DNA of 63,357 nucleotides, filler included, from Octopus bimaculoides (Eukaryota): the NCBI RefSeq assembly GCF_001194135.2. It is 5 parts of 5 records of this genome, joined end to end, with 100 filler letters (N's around TTAATTAATTAA, not from the genome) between each part and the next. Parts side by side here need not be neighbours in the genome. Positions count along the whole stretch, not along the records: positions 1 to 17,387 come from NC_068986.1; 4 more parts are not named here. The stretch is one strand, 5' to 3'. The position numbers were made by a program, and so were the translations under genes. The notes beneath the pieces are model-generated. The model searched no databases and was not told the DNA's origin. It was given only the letters and a program-made list of their open reading frames with translations. Positions 1 through 13,156 of the stretch are shown here, piece after piece; position 1 is the first letter of the stretch; every line of letters begins with the position of its first letter.

Positions 1-75
1 ATATATATATATTATTTATATTATTATTTAATCGAACGCCAAGCATCCATTTCCAAGTAAGTTTATATATATATA

Positions 76-116
<41 letters not shown>

Positions 117-627
117 TTATGTATAGATATTATACATACGCACACACACAAACACTCACAAACATACACGTGCACACACATACGCATGCACACATTATAT
201 GTATATATATGCTAGCATACCCGTGTCATCACAAAAACCGCCTATTTTATTAATGATAGAAAATGGCGTATGAAAACTAGCAGAAACTACTGATGCGTGT
301 CAGTAATCGAGGAAGCATGCATAGAATGTGAACACATGATTATAACAATTTCGTTGAAATTATTATATAAACACGTGTGTGTGTATGTGTGTGTGTGTGT
401 GTGTATGTGTGCGAGTATGTGAAGTATACTCTTTTTACTTGCCTGCAAAGGGTCAGCCCTAGGCTATTTTAGAAACTTGACTAAGGCGCCTATCCACGCC
501 TGCATGTGTATGAAAATATGTACTAAATTTAATTTAAAACGTAGATCTGACATTGAAGTTGAACCTTGTGGCTTAGATAAAACTAGAATAGAAAGATGAT
601 GTTTTGTTAATATACATATATATATAT

Positions 628-691
<64 letters not shown>

Positions 692-1649
692 TATATATAT
701 ATATATATATATACACATATATATTCTTATAAATGTTACGTAATCGATAATAGTCTTTAAAAATTAGTTTAATATTCTATTTCATATGTATATATGTGTA
801 TGAAATTAATAAATTAGATATAATTTGCGATAAAATTTGCGGTTATATTTTGAATAAAATACCGCTACTTCAAAGTAAAATCTCTCAGATTAGTTGACCT
901 GTAACTGGTGTTTCTGACTCCCATTCTTCCCCACTCCGTTCCTCGCGGATTTCCTTCCACCAGTGCGACCTACATGAAACAAATTGCACTTCATTATATG
1001 TAATACACACCCCCACATACACACACGTACACACAGACACACATATACACATAATATATATATATATTTATATATATCCATACACATAAAATATATATAT
1101 ATGCATGTACATAGTATATATACACACATACACATATAATCATAAATACAGAAAGCATTATGAAACATGCATACATTTCGTGAAATTGACTGCCATTATT
1201 CTGCAAATCAGTGGAGGCAAACTGTCGGGGAAGATGTTTAGTGACGTTTTTTCTAGCTATTTATGTTCTGAATTCGAAGTCTTTCAAGTTTGAATTTACC
1301 TTTCCCTCATTCGGGGAAAATAAATTAACAATCAATCAAGTATTGGAGTCGTTCTAATCGACTTCCCTTTCCCCTCAAGTTTGCTGGTCTTGTACTAAAA
1401 TTAGAATTAATTATTACTCAAGGTAATTAGCCAGCTTCTGCAATGCAATCGATCTACTTCCGCAGCGTCCGGGTGTATATTTGAAAAAGCTGAAAATACC
1501 AACTACGTTTTCTGTGTTTATTAATGCTATTATCCAGGTTCAAGTTCCGCTTGCTGTCATATCTGGAAGCTTGATCGCCTTCATCTAACTGAGTTGGAGC
1601 CTGACATTTTTTACCGAGCCCAAATTTTAGGTTACATGACACGCCTTCT

Positions 1650-1855
1650 GGTGATTTCGCTATTTAGTTGTGCATACAGTTGAAGAAATGCAAGCTCTCA
1701 TGGATCGTATTTCTGCATCGGGCGAGGCATTTAGTTTCAATATTAACCCGGAGAAGATGTTCTAGCCTGTATCTCGAAATTTAGATGTGAAACTATCGAC
1801 CTTAGTTAAAGGAACTGTACTGTAGTAGATAAGTTTTTCTATCTGGGCAGCGTAA
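1650..1855 (+). mobile_element. Degenerate RTE-clade (BovB/Expander-like) LINE reverse transcriptase fragment
   Basis: Translates (with frameshift) as DFA/LVVHTVEEMQALMDRISASGEAFSFNINPEKM...VVDKFFYLGS, matching the RTE region after the YADD motif (DDCALVAH..EDMQ.LMDRFS...FGLTIS.KKT...VDKF.YLGS). Confidence 0.75.
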
Positions 1856-1863
1856 AGCCGTTC

Positions 1864-2409
1864 TTTCTCCTTGGATTATGAAATAACTTTAGGGCTTCCG
1901 AAGGCAACTTATTTTTTCACTGCTCTTGAAACTTGTATTTGATCTCAACATGGCGTCATAAGGTGTAGAAATATTGTTTGTTTCTCTTTCTTTTTTCTTC
2001 CTTTTATTAATCCTTTCTTTCTTCCCTCTTTCTTTACATAAACGAGTTAAGAAAGTTGCATTCTAATTTCATCATCCACCACTCAGTTCACCACATTCCA
2101 TCAAACACTGTCACGTAGAAGAAGAATTAGGNNNNNNNNNNTTTCTCCTTGGATTATGAAATAACTTTAGGGCTTCCGAAGGCAACTTATTTTTTCACTG
2201 CTCTTGAAACTTGTATTTGATCTCAACATGGCGTCATAAGGTGTAGAAATATTGTTTGTTTCTCTTTCTTTTTTCTTCCTTTTATTAATCCTTTCTTTCT
2301 TCCTTCTTTCTTTACATAAACGAGTTAAGAAAGTTGCATTCTAATTTCCTCATCCACCACTCAGTTCACCACATTCCATCAAACACTGTCACGCAGAAGA
2401 AGAATTAGG
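1864..2409. other. 268-bp direct duplication across a 10-N gap (probable allelic overlap, assembly artefact)
   Basis: 1864-2131 repeats at 2142-2409 with about 3 substitutions, separated only by the N run at 2132-2141. Confidence 0.85.
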
Positions 2410-3355
2410 AAATAAAGAATAAATATATTTGATAATGTACCCCTGTTTACATTATGAGATAGGATAGCCACTACTGGTAGGCTTGTAATTAGCGTCCCCT
2501 CCACTTTATGCTAGTGGTTAGGAGGCCTGTAAACCAGTTTTAGTAATTTTATCACGTGCAATTAAGTCTGTCTACACTAAGTGATAGATGGCGGTAGGCC
2601 TGTACTCAGATGATAACTATTCCAAGATTTGTAATCAAAGGACTTTCTTCATTATGTGTTCGGTTGAGTACTGGAATTATAGATCACTTTGACCTGAGCG
2701 AGCTTGGATCAATGTCAGAAACAACATTACTAACGCCCTTACATTTCCTTTTATATTCACGTTCATTATTCACTCGGACGCTCGATTTATCTTTGTTTCT
2801 TAACTTCTATATTTCTCTTCTTCAGTTTCCAAATTTGTCGGTGAACGCAAAATCTGATATTTGAGATTTATTATTGAAGCAAAGTTGTCATACTTTGGTA
2901 AGTCAGCATTTTAGTTCATCAGACATTATCTGTTGTAGTTATAATTTGTCTAAAGTGTTGTATCTCAGTTTGCATGTACTGTTGCTGTTCTTACTATTGT
3001 TATTGTTCCCATTGAATGCATCAATCTCATCAGTTTGGGAGAGCAGGGACTGTTCCATTCGCAGTTTCATCTCTTTAACCAAAATCACACGCGTGAGCAC
3101 ACATACACAGACGGACAGACAGACACGAACACATACACACAGGAACTCATACATGTACACACACACACGCATACGCGACACACACAAACATGTTTTGAGT
3201 TTTTGTGTATGTTTATGTTTATATACATATATATGTTTCTGGATTCGGGTGTGGTCGGGGCGTGAGTGTATGTGTATGCGTGTATTCGTGCGTGTGTGTT
3301 GTGTGTGTGTGTTGCGTGTGTGTTTGTCCGCGATTGTTTCTTTGTTTGTTTGTGT

Positions 3356-3394
<39 letters not shown>

Positions 3395-5034
3395 TAAGAA
3401 GAATGTGGAAGAATATATAGGCCTTGAAAACAACTTTGGACATCTCAAAAGAATCAAACAATGAAATGAAAAACTTTTAACTAAAATCAATGTTTTACGA
3501 ATAGATATTAGCTAGATTTCGAACATATTTAAGAAATTATTCTCTCGTTGAATCCAGAAATGGAAATAATGAGCAGAGAAAACGAGAGAAAATTGGATGT
3601 GTAAGCAAAGAGATAATGAAACACATAGCGGTAGGATTTATCGATGTCTGTAGAAATTTACGAAAAATATCCAAGTAAAACGCATATTTCTAAAAAGAGA
3701 AAAACGAGAGAAAACAGAGACAAATGCGAGAGAAGCATTCTAGAAGATTAAAACGACAATAAAAGCAATTCTCCATTGAACTGATCCCGCACCCTTGAGA
3801 AAAACAATTAGATAAAAACCAAGGTTTAGCTTGAGACATTCTTTCTCAAGGCAGAAATTAAGCTCAACTTCAGTTTAACATATTTAAGAGGTCATTATTT
3901 GGTTGATGCTACTAATACATTACTTGTAAGGAAAAGAAAGAAAACGTGATATTTAGAGAGAGTAGAAACAAATTTGTGTTAAGACATTTCTTTTGGGCTC
4001 TAGATAAATTAACTATATCGAAATAAAAAAAAAATATTGTTTGAACGTAAAACAATAAAATCGAAAATCCACAAGAAAACCAGAAGCATGAAAAATAAGT
4101 TTGGATTGGATTAAGCCTGCTTGTGATTTTCAGACAGCATACAACAAAAAGGATATTAAGGAACTTCATTCTCCTATAAATCAAGTTTATGCTCCTCACT
4201 CGATTCCTGCATTCCCATTAGGGCCAAGATTGGCAAAAGTCAAATAAAATATTAAAGGGATCATTCAACGATGGCAAGAATATTTTTATTGATGTACCTA
4301 ATTGTTCATAAACCATCGATAGATCCTTTTATAGAACTCATCCAGTAAATCCCAATAAAAAAAAAAACCTTTCTTTCTTTTAACGTAAAAATAGTAAAAA
4401 GTCTTAGCATTAATGATGTTCCAATAAAAATTCGTAAATTGATTGAAGTATGAGGCTGGATGTTCTGCGGAATCTTACGTATTAATGTGGGAAAGTAACA
4501 CATTTCCTCAACATCTGAGAGATACATTGCTGTACATATTGTGTATAGGGAAATATGGCAAGAACATACACGTTACTTTTGAGGAATTTCTGTTCTCCAT
4601 ATAGTAGAGAAAAACTAAGGAATGATTCTTGGTGAGCTCATCCAGCGTGTGGGTTACCCTTTCTTCTTGAATTTCAATTAGGTTTACACGCTGGACAACA
4701 AATCCATTGGTATTATGTTTACTGCTTGTTAACTTCAAGAGAAATGGGTTGTACAAATAGTTTGACTTTTATCGTTGGATCATTTGCCTCATTTTCCTGG
4801 TTTAGCGAATTATTAGGTATTATTTGACAATTATCAGAAAAGATGTTAGTCCCAAATCAAATTATTATGATATTCAAACGTATGTGGTAATTGGTGGAGA
4901 ATGCTCAGACATAGTTTTTTTTTTTATCAGACGTGATGTAAAATCGGGGATAGGACTAGTTCTTTGCTATTTATTTTATATTTTTGCAATGGTCTTATTC
5001 AGTCACTTTCAAAGCCTGCACTGAATGTGGTTGT

Positions 5035-5101
5035 ATGTGACAACTGTGTGGTTATCTCACATCAAATATGTGATAACTCTGTGGGTTATCTCACATCAAA
5101 T
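5035..5101. repeat. Two-copy ~33-bp tandem repeat
   Basis: atgtgacaactgtgtggttatctcacatcaaat followed by atgtgataactctgtgggttatctcacatcaaat. Confidence 0.85.
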
Positions 5102-5998
5102 AGCTAATTCTAAACCACAAATTTTTATATACCTCTTAGCAAACATCTGATGTTGATGGCTCTGAAATCGGCGTAAAGAATAAGATCAACAAAGTGAATT
5201 CTTACAATAGTTCAGCATACAGCTGTTATTTTTTGCATCAACGCAGAGGTTGAATTATTGTGCAAATGTCAAAAGAAAAAAAAGAAAAAGAAAGATAAAT
5301 ATTGGACATTTATTTACTCAAATGGCTCAACGCAGATCAGTTCTCAATAAATCAATCTTCTTTTGAAATCTATGATATCGGATTAGAGATCTCTACCATA
5401 AGAGCTTATCTATCAACCATTGCAACGTAGATAAATGATTCTGCCGTTCTGTTACCACCAGATATGTGTTAGAATTACATGTGGGTCACACATGAGTAGA
5501 GTGGGGAGAATTTCGAAGAAATTCCTTAATTCCTTTCCAAGTGGGAATATATCTCTGTCTCTGTCTACGTCTCTCAGGCTCCTTCTCCTTCTCTCTCCCT
5601 CTGGAAGGGTGCAGGGAGAACATTGCTAGAAATAAGGGTCAAAGACTTTTTTAACTACAAAAGTACATGTTCCATGTACTGACAAGAGAGATAACCTCCA
5701 CACCGCAAGCGAGAGCATTAGATTGGCTTGCTGATTTCGCATGAGAATTAATATTCATCAGTAATGTTTACTCCATTGTGCGTGACGAAGCTGAAATTCC
5801 ACTTGTCAATATTTATGGAATTTACCATAGGTATCAGTGACTGATTCCGTAAAATAGTAATGTGAAAATTATAAAATAATTAAGGTGACTAGATGCAAAT
5901 CAAACCCCAAAAAGAATTAATTCACCGTCACCTCACTAGTATATAAATTATCCACTCCCACACACTCATATATATACACACATACGCACATATATATT

Positions 5999-6053
<55 letters not shown>

Positions 6054-6274
6054 NNNNNNNNNNNNNNNNNNNNNNNNNNNNNNNNNNNNNNNNNNNNNNN
6101 NNNNNNNNNNNNNNNNNNNNNNNNNNNNNNNNNNNNNNNNNNNNNNNNNNNNNNNNNNNNNNNNNNNNNNNNNNNNNNNNNNNNNNNNNNNNNNNNNNNN
6201 NNNNNNNNNNNNNNNNNNNNNNNNNNNNNNNNNNNNNNNNNNNNNNNNNNNNNNNNNNNNNNNNNNNNNNNNNN

Positions 6275-6309
<35 letters not shown>

Positions 6310-7740
6310 AAAATATATACATATATATATGTGTGTTTGTGTGTGTGTCTATATATGTTATGCATCTGTATATAAATATGTGTGTGTATGTATGTGTCTC
6401 CAAAAATGTGTGCGCGCACGAGTCTGTGTGTGTATATAATTAACTTAATTTTTCTGTATATTTTACGCAACAAAAGCAATTACATGTGGGTCACACAACA
6501 GGAGAGCGGGGAGAATTTCGAAGAAAGTCCCTAATTACGAATGTTTATAATTTTTCTGACTAATATTTTGACTTGACTTGATTTGCCATATTATCCCTTA
6601 ACTAGATACGTACAGAAATATTGGAAACTTGTATTATATTTATACAAAGACATGCATGCGTATGTGTGTGTATATGCATACGTATGTACCAAAGAATCTA
6701 TTATGAAATATATAATATATCCGCATTGTTCAAGGCATTATGATATGATAACAAGGAGATTCACTTTATGTTTGTAGCAAGCTTAGTGGCTATATAGAGC
6801 TCGCTTATTCGCCCAAATTCGTTGTAAATGTTATATAAGCATCACATTCTTGTAATCCTAATTTGTCAGAAGAGAATGAAGTATTGTGCATGTATTCACA
6901 AAGTATAAAATTGCACAGAAAATGTAATCAGCATTAATAAGAGATCAGTGAAACCTTATTAGATGTGTTTTGATTGCATAATGTTTGCATTAACAACACT
7001 ATGTACGACATCAACGAATTAACGAAGGAATACCTGCTAAGAATAGTTGCAAAATTTTCTTTAATTCATGCATTAATATACATTAGGATCTGTATTTCTA
7101 GAGACACATAAAAGATGGGGGATATGTTAAAGTTTGCTTTATTTCATGAATAAAAGAAATGAACAATCCCGAACACAACCGTATCCAGCACTACACCAAC
7201 AGCAAGTATGTCCGTAACAATGAAGGAACCATTTAGAAATAGAAGCCAAATCTATCTCATACTGTATTAAATTGAGTTAAAAAATGAACGAAATATCAAA
7301 GGATATAGCTCGGGTAACTGTGTCCCAAAAATAAAAATAATGGCAAGATGGGCGCAGCAAGGGAAGTTTTATCAGAGTTGACCAAGGATAAACAATAAGA
7401 GCAACAAATACAGAACCCAGCATGTTTTAATCAATTAGTTGTTCTGAGCCGTAAATCTACCCTACAGTGATAATACGGTCTAGTGGTCAGGGATTGGTTA
7501 TCTCTGGTTCCATTATCTCTAAAGCAAGAAATCAATGAGCTCATGCGCAAATAAGCATACACTGCGCAAGATCAGTAATGTTTTTGAAAACCGCGTACGT
7601 ATACACACATAATGAAACGTACACGTCCATAGTGGCTTTGATATGTTAAAAGGGGAGTACACACACGCACACACACACACACACACACATACATACATAT
7701 GTATAAAACTTACTTGGAAGAGGATGCGTGGCGTTCAATC

Positions 7741-7778
<38 letters not shown>

Positions 7779-8033
7779 GTATATATACATACGAATATGT
7801 CTACAGGTGCGTGTGGTATATATAAATATATGTATGTATATGTGTATGTATGTATATACACACACACATATATANNNNNNNNNNNNNNNNNNNNNNNNNN
7901 NNNNNNNNNNNNNNNNNNNNNNNNNNNNNNNNNNNNNNNNNNNNNNNNNNNNNNNNNNNNNNNNNNNNNNNNNNNNNNNNNNNNNNNNNNNNNNNNNNNN
8001 NNNNNNNNNNNNNNNNNNNNNNNNNNNNNNNNN

Positions 8034-8091
<58 letters not shown>

Positions 8092-9200
8092 CACACATAT
8101 ATCTGCATGTGTGATTTTGTGTTTTTCTAAATGGATTTTTAAGACTTTTGCTTTTCGACGAGTCATGTATAACACTTCAATTTTTACCTAATACAAGTTT
8201 TTATATAATTTATTTCTCAGCTAGATCAATAAGTAGGCTATAGAAGGAGAAATATTTGTGCCAGTTAAGCCGACCAAATAATAATTACCATATTAATGCT
8301 ATTTCGAAAACATTCATCAATTTATTACGTATAAAGCACTTAAAAACGAAAACCACTTAAATCTAGGACTGTGGATTATTGGAATCGGTAGAACTACGAA
8401 TAAAACACATTGCGGTATTGAATTACATTACTTTACGTTCTGAAATTCCATCCTGCAAGGCCCGATTAAATAAATCACAACGGGATAATAGCATATTAGT
8501 ATGGAAGCTTTTGAGAAATTCTAGACATTGAAAACATTAATTGTTTGAACCAGATAAAATGCAACAATGAGAGAGTTTTTTTCCAAGGTTCATCCTCAAT
8601 ATAGGAATATGATTAAAATATCTCCTAAATGAAACTCTATGTCTTGAAAAGAAAGGCGTTAGATAATGAATATTTAGATATAAAATTTCTGAACGATGGA
8701 CAGGAATATCATCTTGTGAGCTTGATCGGTCTTTGATCTAAGAAAGATAATGCTAATGGTTTCTAATTTACGCACAAGTCCATCAGTTTTGAGGGTTCCG
8801 GTATTTGATTGTTACTTTGTTATTCACTCCGAAACGATGAAAGGCATAGATCGCAAAGAGCAGGAAGAAATATTGCAGAGCATATTCCAACACTCTAACG
8901 ATATTGCCAATAAAAAAGAACAACAACAACAAGTCTGTATTCATTGCTTTCTTAACAGTTATATCCTTGTCTGTTTCTTCTCGCTTACTTAATTGGCAAA
9001 GGCTGCTTCTTCATTGCAGATTAAGTGAACAACGGAATAGAATGTCTTCTTTCTGTTGGCATTTAATCCTTTCAGTATAATATTATTGCATTAACGTTTC
9101 AATGTAGCATTATATTCGCTTATTATTCAGGTCTGTTGTAGGAAGCTCAAACGTATGAGATGCAAGTTCGGTTGCTAACCACAAAAGCAGGAATCGAACT

Positions 9201-10064
9201 TACGACGGGATGTAGGAATGTAACCGGAAACGTTTTCTGTGGGACAATCCCGTTGTAGTTCGGGCTTCAGCCGCTTGAAGCCACTTGATGCAATCCTCAG
9301 GCATCAGCCTGCCGATCAGCGTCATCTTACTGGCAACTGGTGCATGTTAATTTTGCAGTGCTTCTCCCATGTTCGTCGATTATTGCAATGGCTGAAACGA
9401 AGGAAAACTGGGCTTCTGTTTTGTACTTTAGAAGACTACGGTAGGAACAGTTTTCATGCTTTAAACAGCTTACAAGGACGTTGCAATGAGCAAAGCATAA
9501 GTTTACGAGTGGTTTTCTTGCTTCAGGAGTGGTCACTTGTCATTTGAAGATCAATCTCATTTAGGCCGACCGTCGACCTCTGGAACGAATGAAAACATTA
9601 TCAAAATTCATGAACTGATACTGGAGAACCGTTACCGAAGAATTGACGACCTTGTGGATGTGACTGGTGTGTCCAGGAACGCCTGATAACGAATTTTGCG
9701 CCAGGGATTGCAAAGGAAGAGAGCTGTAGAAAAAGTGGTGCCTCTCTTGCTCACGGAAGAACAAAAACAGAATGCGTGTCGTAAACTGAAGGAACAGCTG
9801 GAAGTTGATCCGGACCTTTTCCCTAAGGTTATCGCTTCTGTCGAAAGCTGGTGCTACGGAATTTTCAGTTGTGGAAAAGGTGAAGAAAAAACACGAAGGC
9901 GTTAAATGGCGTCGCTTTGCAAGGGTTTCAGGACTGCTTCGAACTGTGGAAAACGGCGTCTGGAACGATGCGTTTCTTCAAATGGAGAATTCTGTGAACT
10001 CGATAAATCTAAGCGAATAAAATGATATTGGAAAATTTTGGGTTCGTTTGGGCACCCCCACGTA
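9201..10064 (+). mobile_element. Internally deleted mariner (Tc1/mariner) transposon
   Basis: Frame gives GRPSTSGTNENIIKIHELILENRYRRIDDLVDVTGVS..RILRQGLQRKRAVEKVVPLLLTEEQKQ...KVIASVESWCYG (HTH, linker, first catalytic motif), then jumps to C-terminal RLERCVSSNGEFCELDK. Degenerate TACG..CGTA ends with TA at 9201 and 10063. Confidence 0.85.
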
Positions 10065-10140
10065 GTTCTGGCTTCGAACCCACTGCGCGTATTTAAAAAG
10101 GTATCTTCTGCTATAGTTCCGAATTGACCAAAGCTTTCGT
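10065..10140 (+). mobile_element. Degenerate SINE family B fragment
   Basis: gttctggcttcgaacccactgcgcg...ggtatcttctgctatagttccgaattgaccaaagct aligns to the copy at 12773. Confidence 0.6.
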
Positions 10141-11295
10141 GGCAGCGCCGGACGAACGACAATGTGCAGATGTGGATTTCACTAGTCTCTTAGTTAACTC
10201 AAGTCTTGTGACTCACTCAAAATATGAGGTCCTTCCTAAGTGAAATAGAGAATGTTTTCTAAAAAGGATATAATTACGTTAGATATTTTATTTCGGTGTT
10301 AATCTCTAATATTAGCACGGATTCCACTTTAGTTTTCTTGGACCCTAATAGGTTACACACGGGACAAGTAGAAACATGTCTTTATTAAGGGTGATATGAA
10401 GGACATTTCTATTTGACATGTTATTCGTAGTCAATATTTACTTAAATTTAGACTTGTTGTTACTCGTTTGAAATTCCATGTCGATGGATGGTTCAGTCTG
10501 TTCATTGTCCAATAGTCATATCTGGTTACCTTTGCAACAATACCCAATTTTGAAATTTACAAACCTCTTGAAATATGTTCTGTTTCTAATTGACAAAGGC
10601 AGAGGTAAAAACCATTATTTTGATGATGTTGCTTTCGTTTCTGCTTTTCAAGAGCCAAAAACGTTCCGATAGGACGTAACAATACATTTATTTCTTGACC
10701 TAAACATTGGATGTGTTGATTGTATCCTGTTTCAAAAGTATAATCAGTTAACCGAAAGTACTCTCTTTTTGTACTGCCAGACGATTCAATATCTGTTTCG
10801 CTTTCAATGTCTTTTGACAGTTATTTTGAATGAAAGATCATCTTATCCAGCCTCTCACTGCAATTGCGCTTAGGATGGGTATTTTGTTTAGATAGATTTT
10901 TAGGTATTTTGTTTAGATAGATTTAGATAGATTTTTAGTTATGGTCAGAAACATGCATGCCAATCATACCTAGACAATTATAGACAGTCTTAATATAATT
11001 TTTGTTGAAATTTCACACTTGTGTGAAACAGGAAAGTGTGTATTCATTAATCTAATACAAGTTCGAAGCCAATCTTTAGTAACATTTACGCAATCTTTAT
11101 CCGAGATAATCTATTCAGTTTTTCTCACGCACACACACACACACACGCACCCCCCCCCCACACACACAAACACACACACCTCTATGTGTGTGCTCGTGCG
11201 TGTGTGTATATTTGTGTGTGCGTCTTTGTAATTGTCTCTTGTTGTTTGCCAAGTGCTTTTGTGAATCTTAGCTGGGATCGATACATACATAGATG

Positions 11296-11408
<113 letters not shown>

Positions 11409-12500
11409 ACATATATATATATGTACACACACACATTTATATATATACATATACACGTACACTCCTAATATATGTATATATTCTCATTATATCTTCATGT
11501 GTGTAGGTATTTGTGTATAGTATCTAGTGCATGTGTGTTCTTGTATATGTACTTGTGCGTGGGTGCTTAGAATGTATTAGAGCGTATTTCTGTAAGGTTT
11601 GTCTTTAGTTTTGGACAAGTCATGTATAACTAATCCACTCTGTTTAATATATCTCATTATATTTTCCAGTTAGATCAATAAGTAGAGAAATATCGAGGGA
11701 AAAAAACAATCTGCGTGTGAATTAATCCAACCAAATAATAATTAGCATGTTCGTAGTATTTCGAAAACCATTCACTTATCCACATAGTATCAACCACTTA
11801 ACTACAAAACCATTCAAATCGCTACGGTTTTGGTTTCGATACATTGCTTACAGGCTCCATGAAACTAATAACGTATTTGCAGTAATTTTCTAGTGACACG
11901 AAATCTTTTTACTTCCTTTGCTAAGGGGGGTTTCTTTCTCTGTCTCGTCTACACATTATTTAACCATTCTTCCGGACTATCGAATCTACTTTACAGATTT
12001 GGAGATCTACTTAGAAAATTGGTATTCCTCCTGTCTCTAATTAACTTTACAAGTAGATTTCTTCTTCAACATTATATTTTTTCCACTATCTAATTTAGTT
12101 CTATTGATGCATGCAATATCATGTGGTTAAGAAGTTCGCTCCACAATCATAAGTTTGCTTGTACGTTCGATTCCTCTGGGAAGTACTTTGAACAAATGTC
12201 GTCTTCTACAATCAGTCCGCCATTTACCAAATATTTTAAAAATCAAATTAGGCAAGAATTCCGACCAAACTAGTTGCGTGTGCGTGTATGTGTTTGCACG
12301 TACTTGAGTATGTTTGTGTCTGTGTGTCTGCGGGTTGATGGGTAGCTGATTTGTTGTGGGTGTATGTATGAGTGTGTGTGTACATAAATGCACACACAGA
12401 CGTATAAACACGCAAATGTACACCCCCACATGCATATATAGACAGATAGGTTGGTAGCTATTTAGCATAGCCGTGACTGTGATACTAAATCTTTTATATG

Positions 12501-12600
12501 TTTAGGGCGGTATTTGGAGCTGTTGGGCGGTATTTTGAGCTGTTGGGCGATATTTTGAACAGTTGGTTGGTATTTTGAGCTGTTGGGCGGTATTTTGAGC
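12501..12600. repeat. 20-bp minisatellite, 5 copies
   Basis: Unit tgttgggcggtattttgagc in head-to-tail copies with few substitutions. Confidence 0.95.
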
Positions 12601-12690
12601 AAATGCTTTCTGCTATGTATTCCGGTTGCAAAGTAACATTTTACTGAATTATAGTAGGCTGAAACTGTGCAGAACGCAGATCCATGTATG

Positions 12691-12750
12691 TATATGTGTG
12701 CATATATGTGTGCATATATGTGTGCATATATGTGTGCATATATGTGTGCG
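12691..12750. repeat. 12-bp tandem repeat, 5 copies
   Basis: (tatatgtgtgca)5. Confidence 0.95.
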
Positions 12751-12772
12751 TATATGGATGTTTGTATGCAGG

Positions 12773-13156
12773 CACTGCTGTGTGAGAAGAATTTGCTTCC
12801 CAACCACATTCTTCCAGGTTCAGTCACACTGCGTGGCACCTTAGGCAAGTTTCTTCTACGGTAAACCCGGGCTGACCATAGCCTTGTGAGTGGATCTGGT
12901 AGACGGAAACTGAAAGAAGCCCGCCATATGTGCGTGTTTGTGTGTTTTGTGCCTCTGCTTGTTCTTCACCACCGTTTGACAACATTTGTTGGTGTATGTA
13001 TGTCCACGTAACTTAGCGGTTCAGCGAAAGAGCTCGATGAAATAAGTATCAGGCTTAAAAACAATAAGTGCTGGAGTTGATTCATTCGACTAGAAATTCT
13101 TCACGTCGGTGCCCCAGCATGGCTTCCGGCTAATGACTAAAAAATGTAAAAGAAAA
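12773..13156 (+). mobile_element. Near full-length SINE family B (tRNA-like head, CORE-like centre; resembles octopus OR-type SINEs)
   Basis: A-box-like gctgtgtgagaag, B-box-like ggttcagtc, gtggcaccttaggcaagt core-like motif, internal TG tract, 3' ggtgccccagcatggc..aatgact..aaaaga. Homologous pieces at 17488, 22320, 24078, 41548, 59977, 62733. Confidence 0.85.

Noticed and set aside
1864-2409. Recent tandem duplication
   Set aside because: The copies meet exactly at a 10-N gap and differ by about 3 SNPs, which is typical of unmerged haplotype overlaps. Needs read evidence before being treated as real.
7160-7275. Thr/Ser-rich mucin-like frame (TIPNTTVSSTTPTASM), similar case at 35140-35320
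   Set aside because: Short, derived from decayed trinucleotide repeats, and no splice support.
12501-12600. CRISPR-like array
   Set aside because: Head-to-tail units without unique spacers, in eukaryotic DNA with no cas genes.
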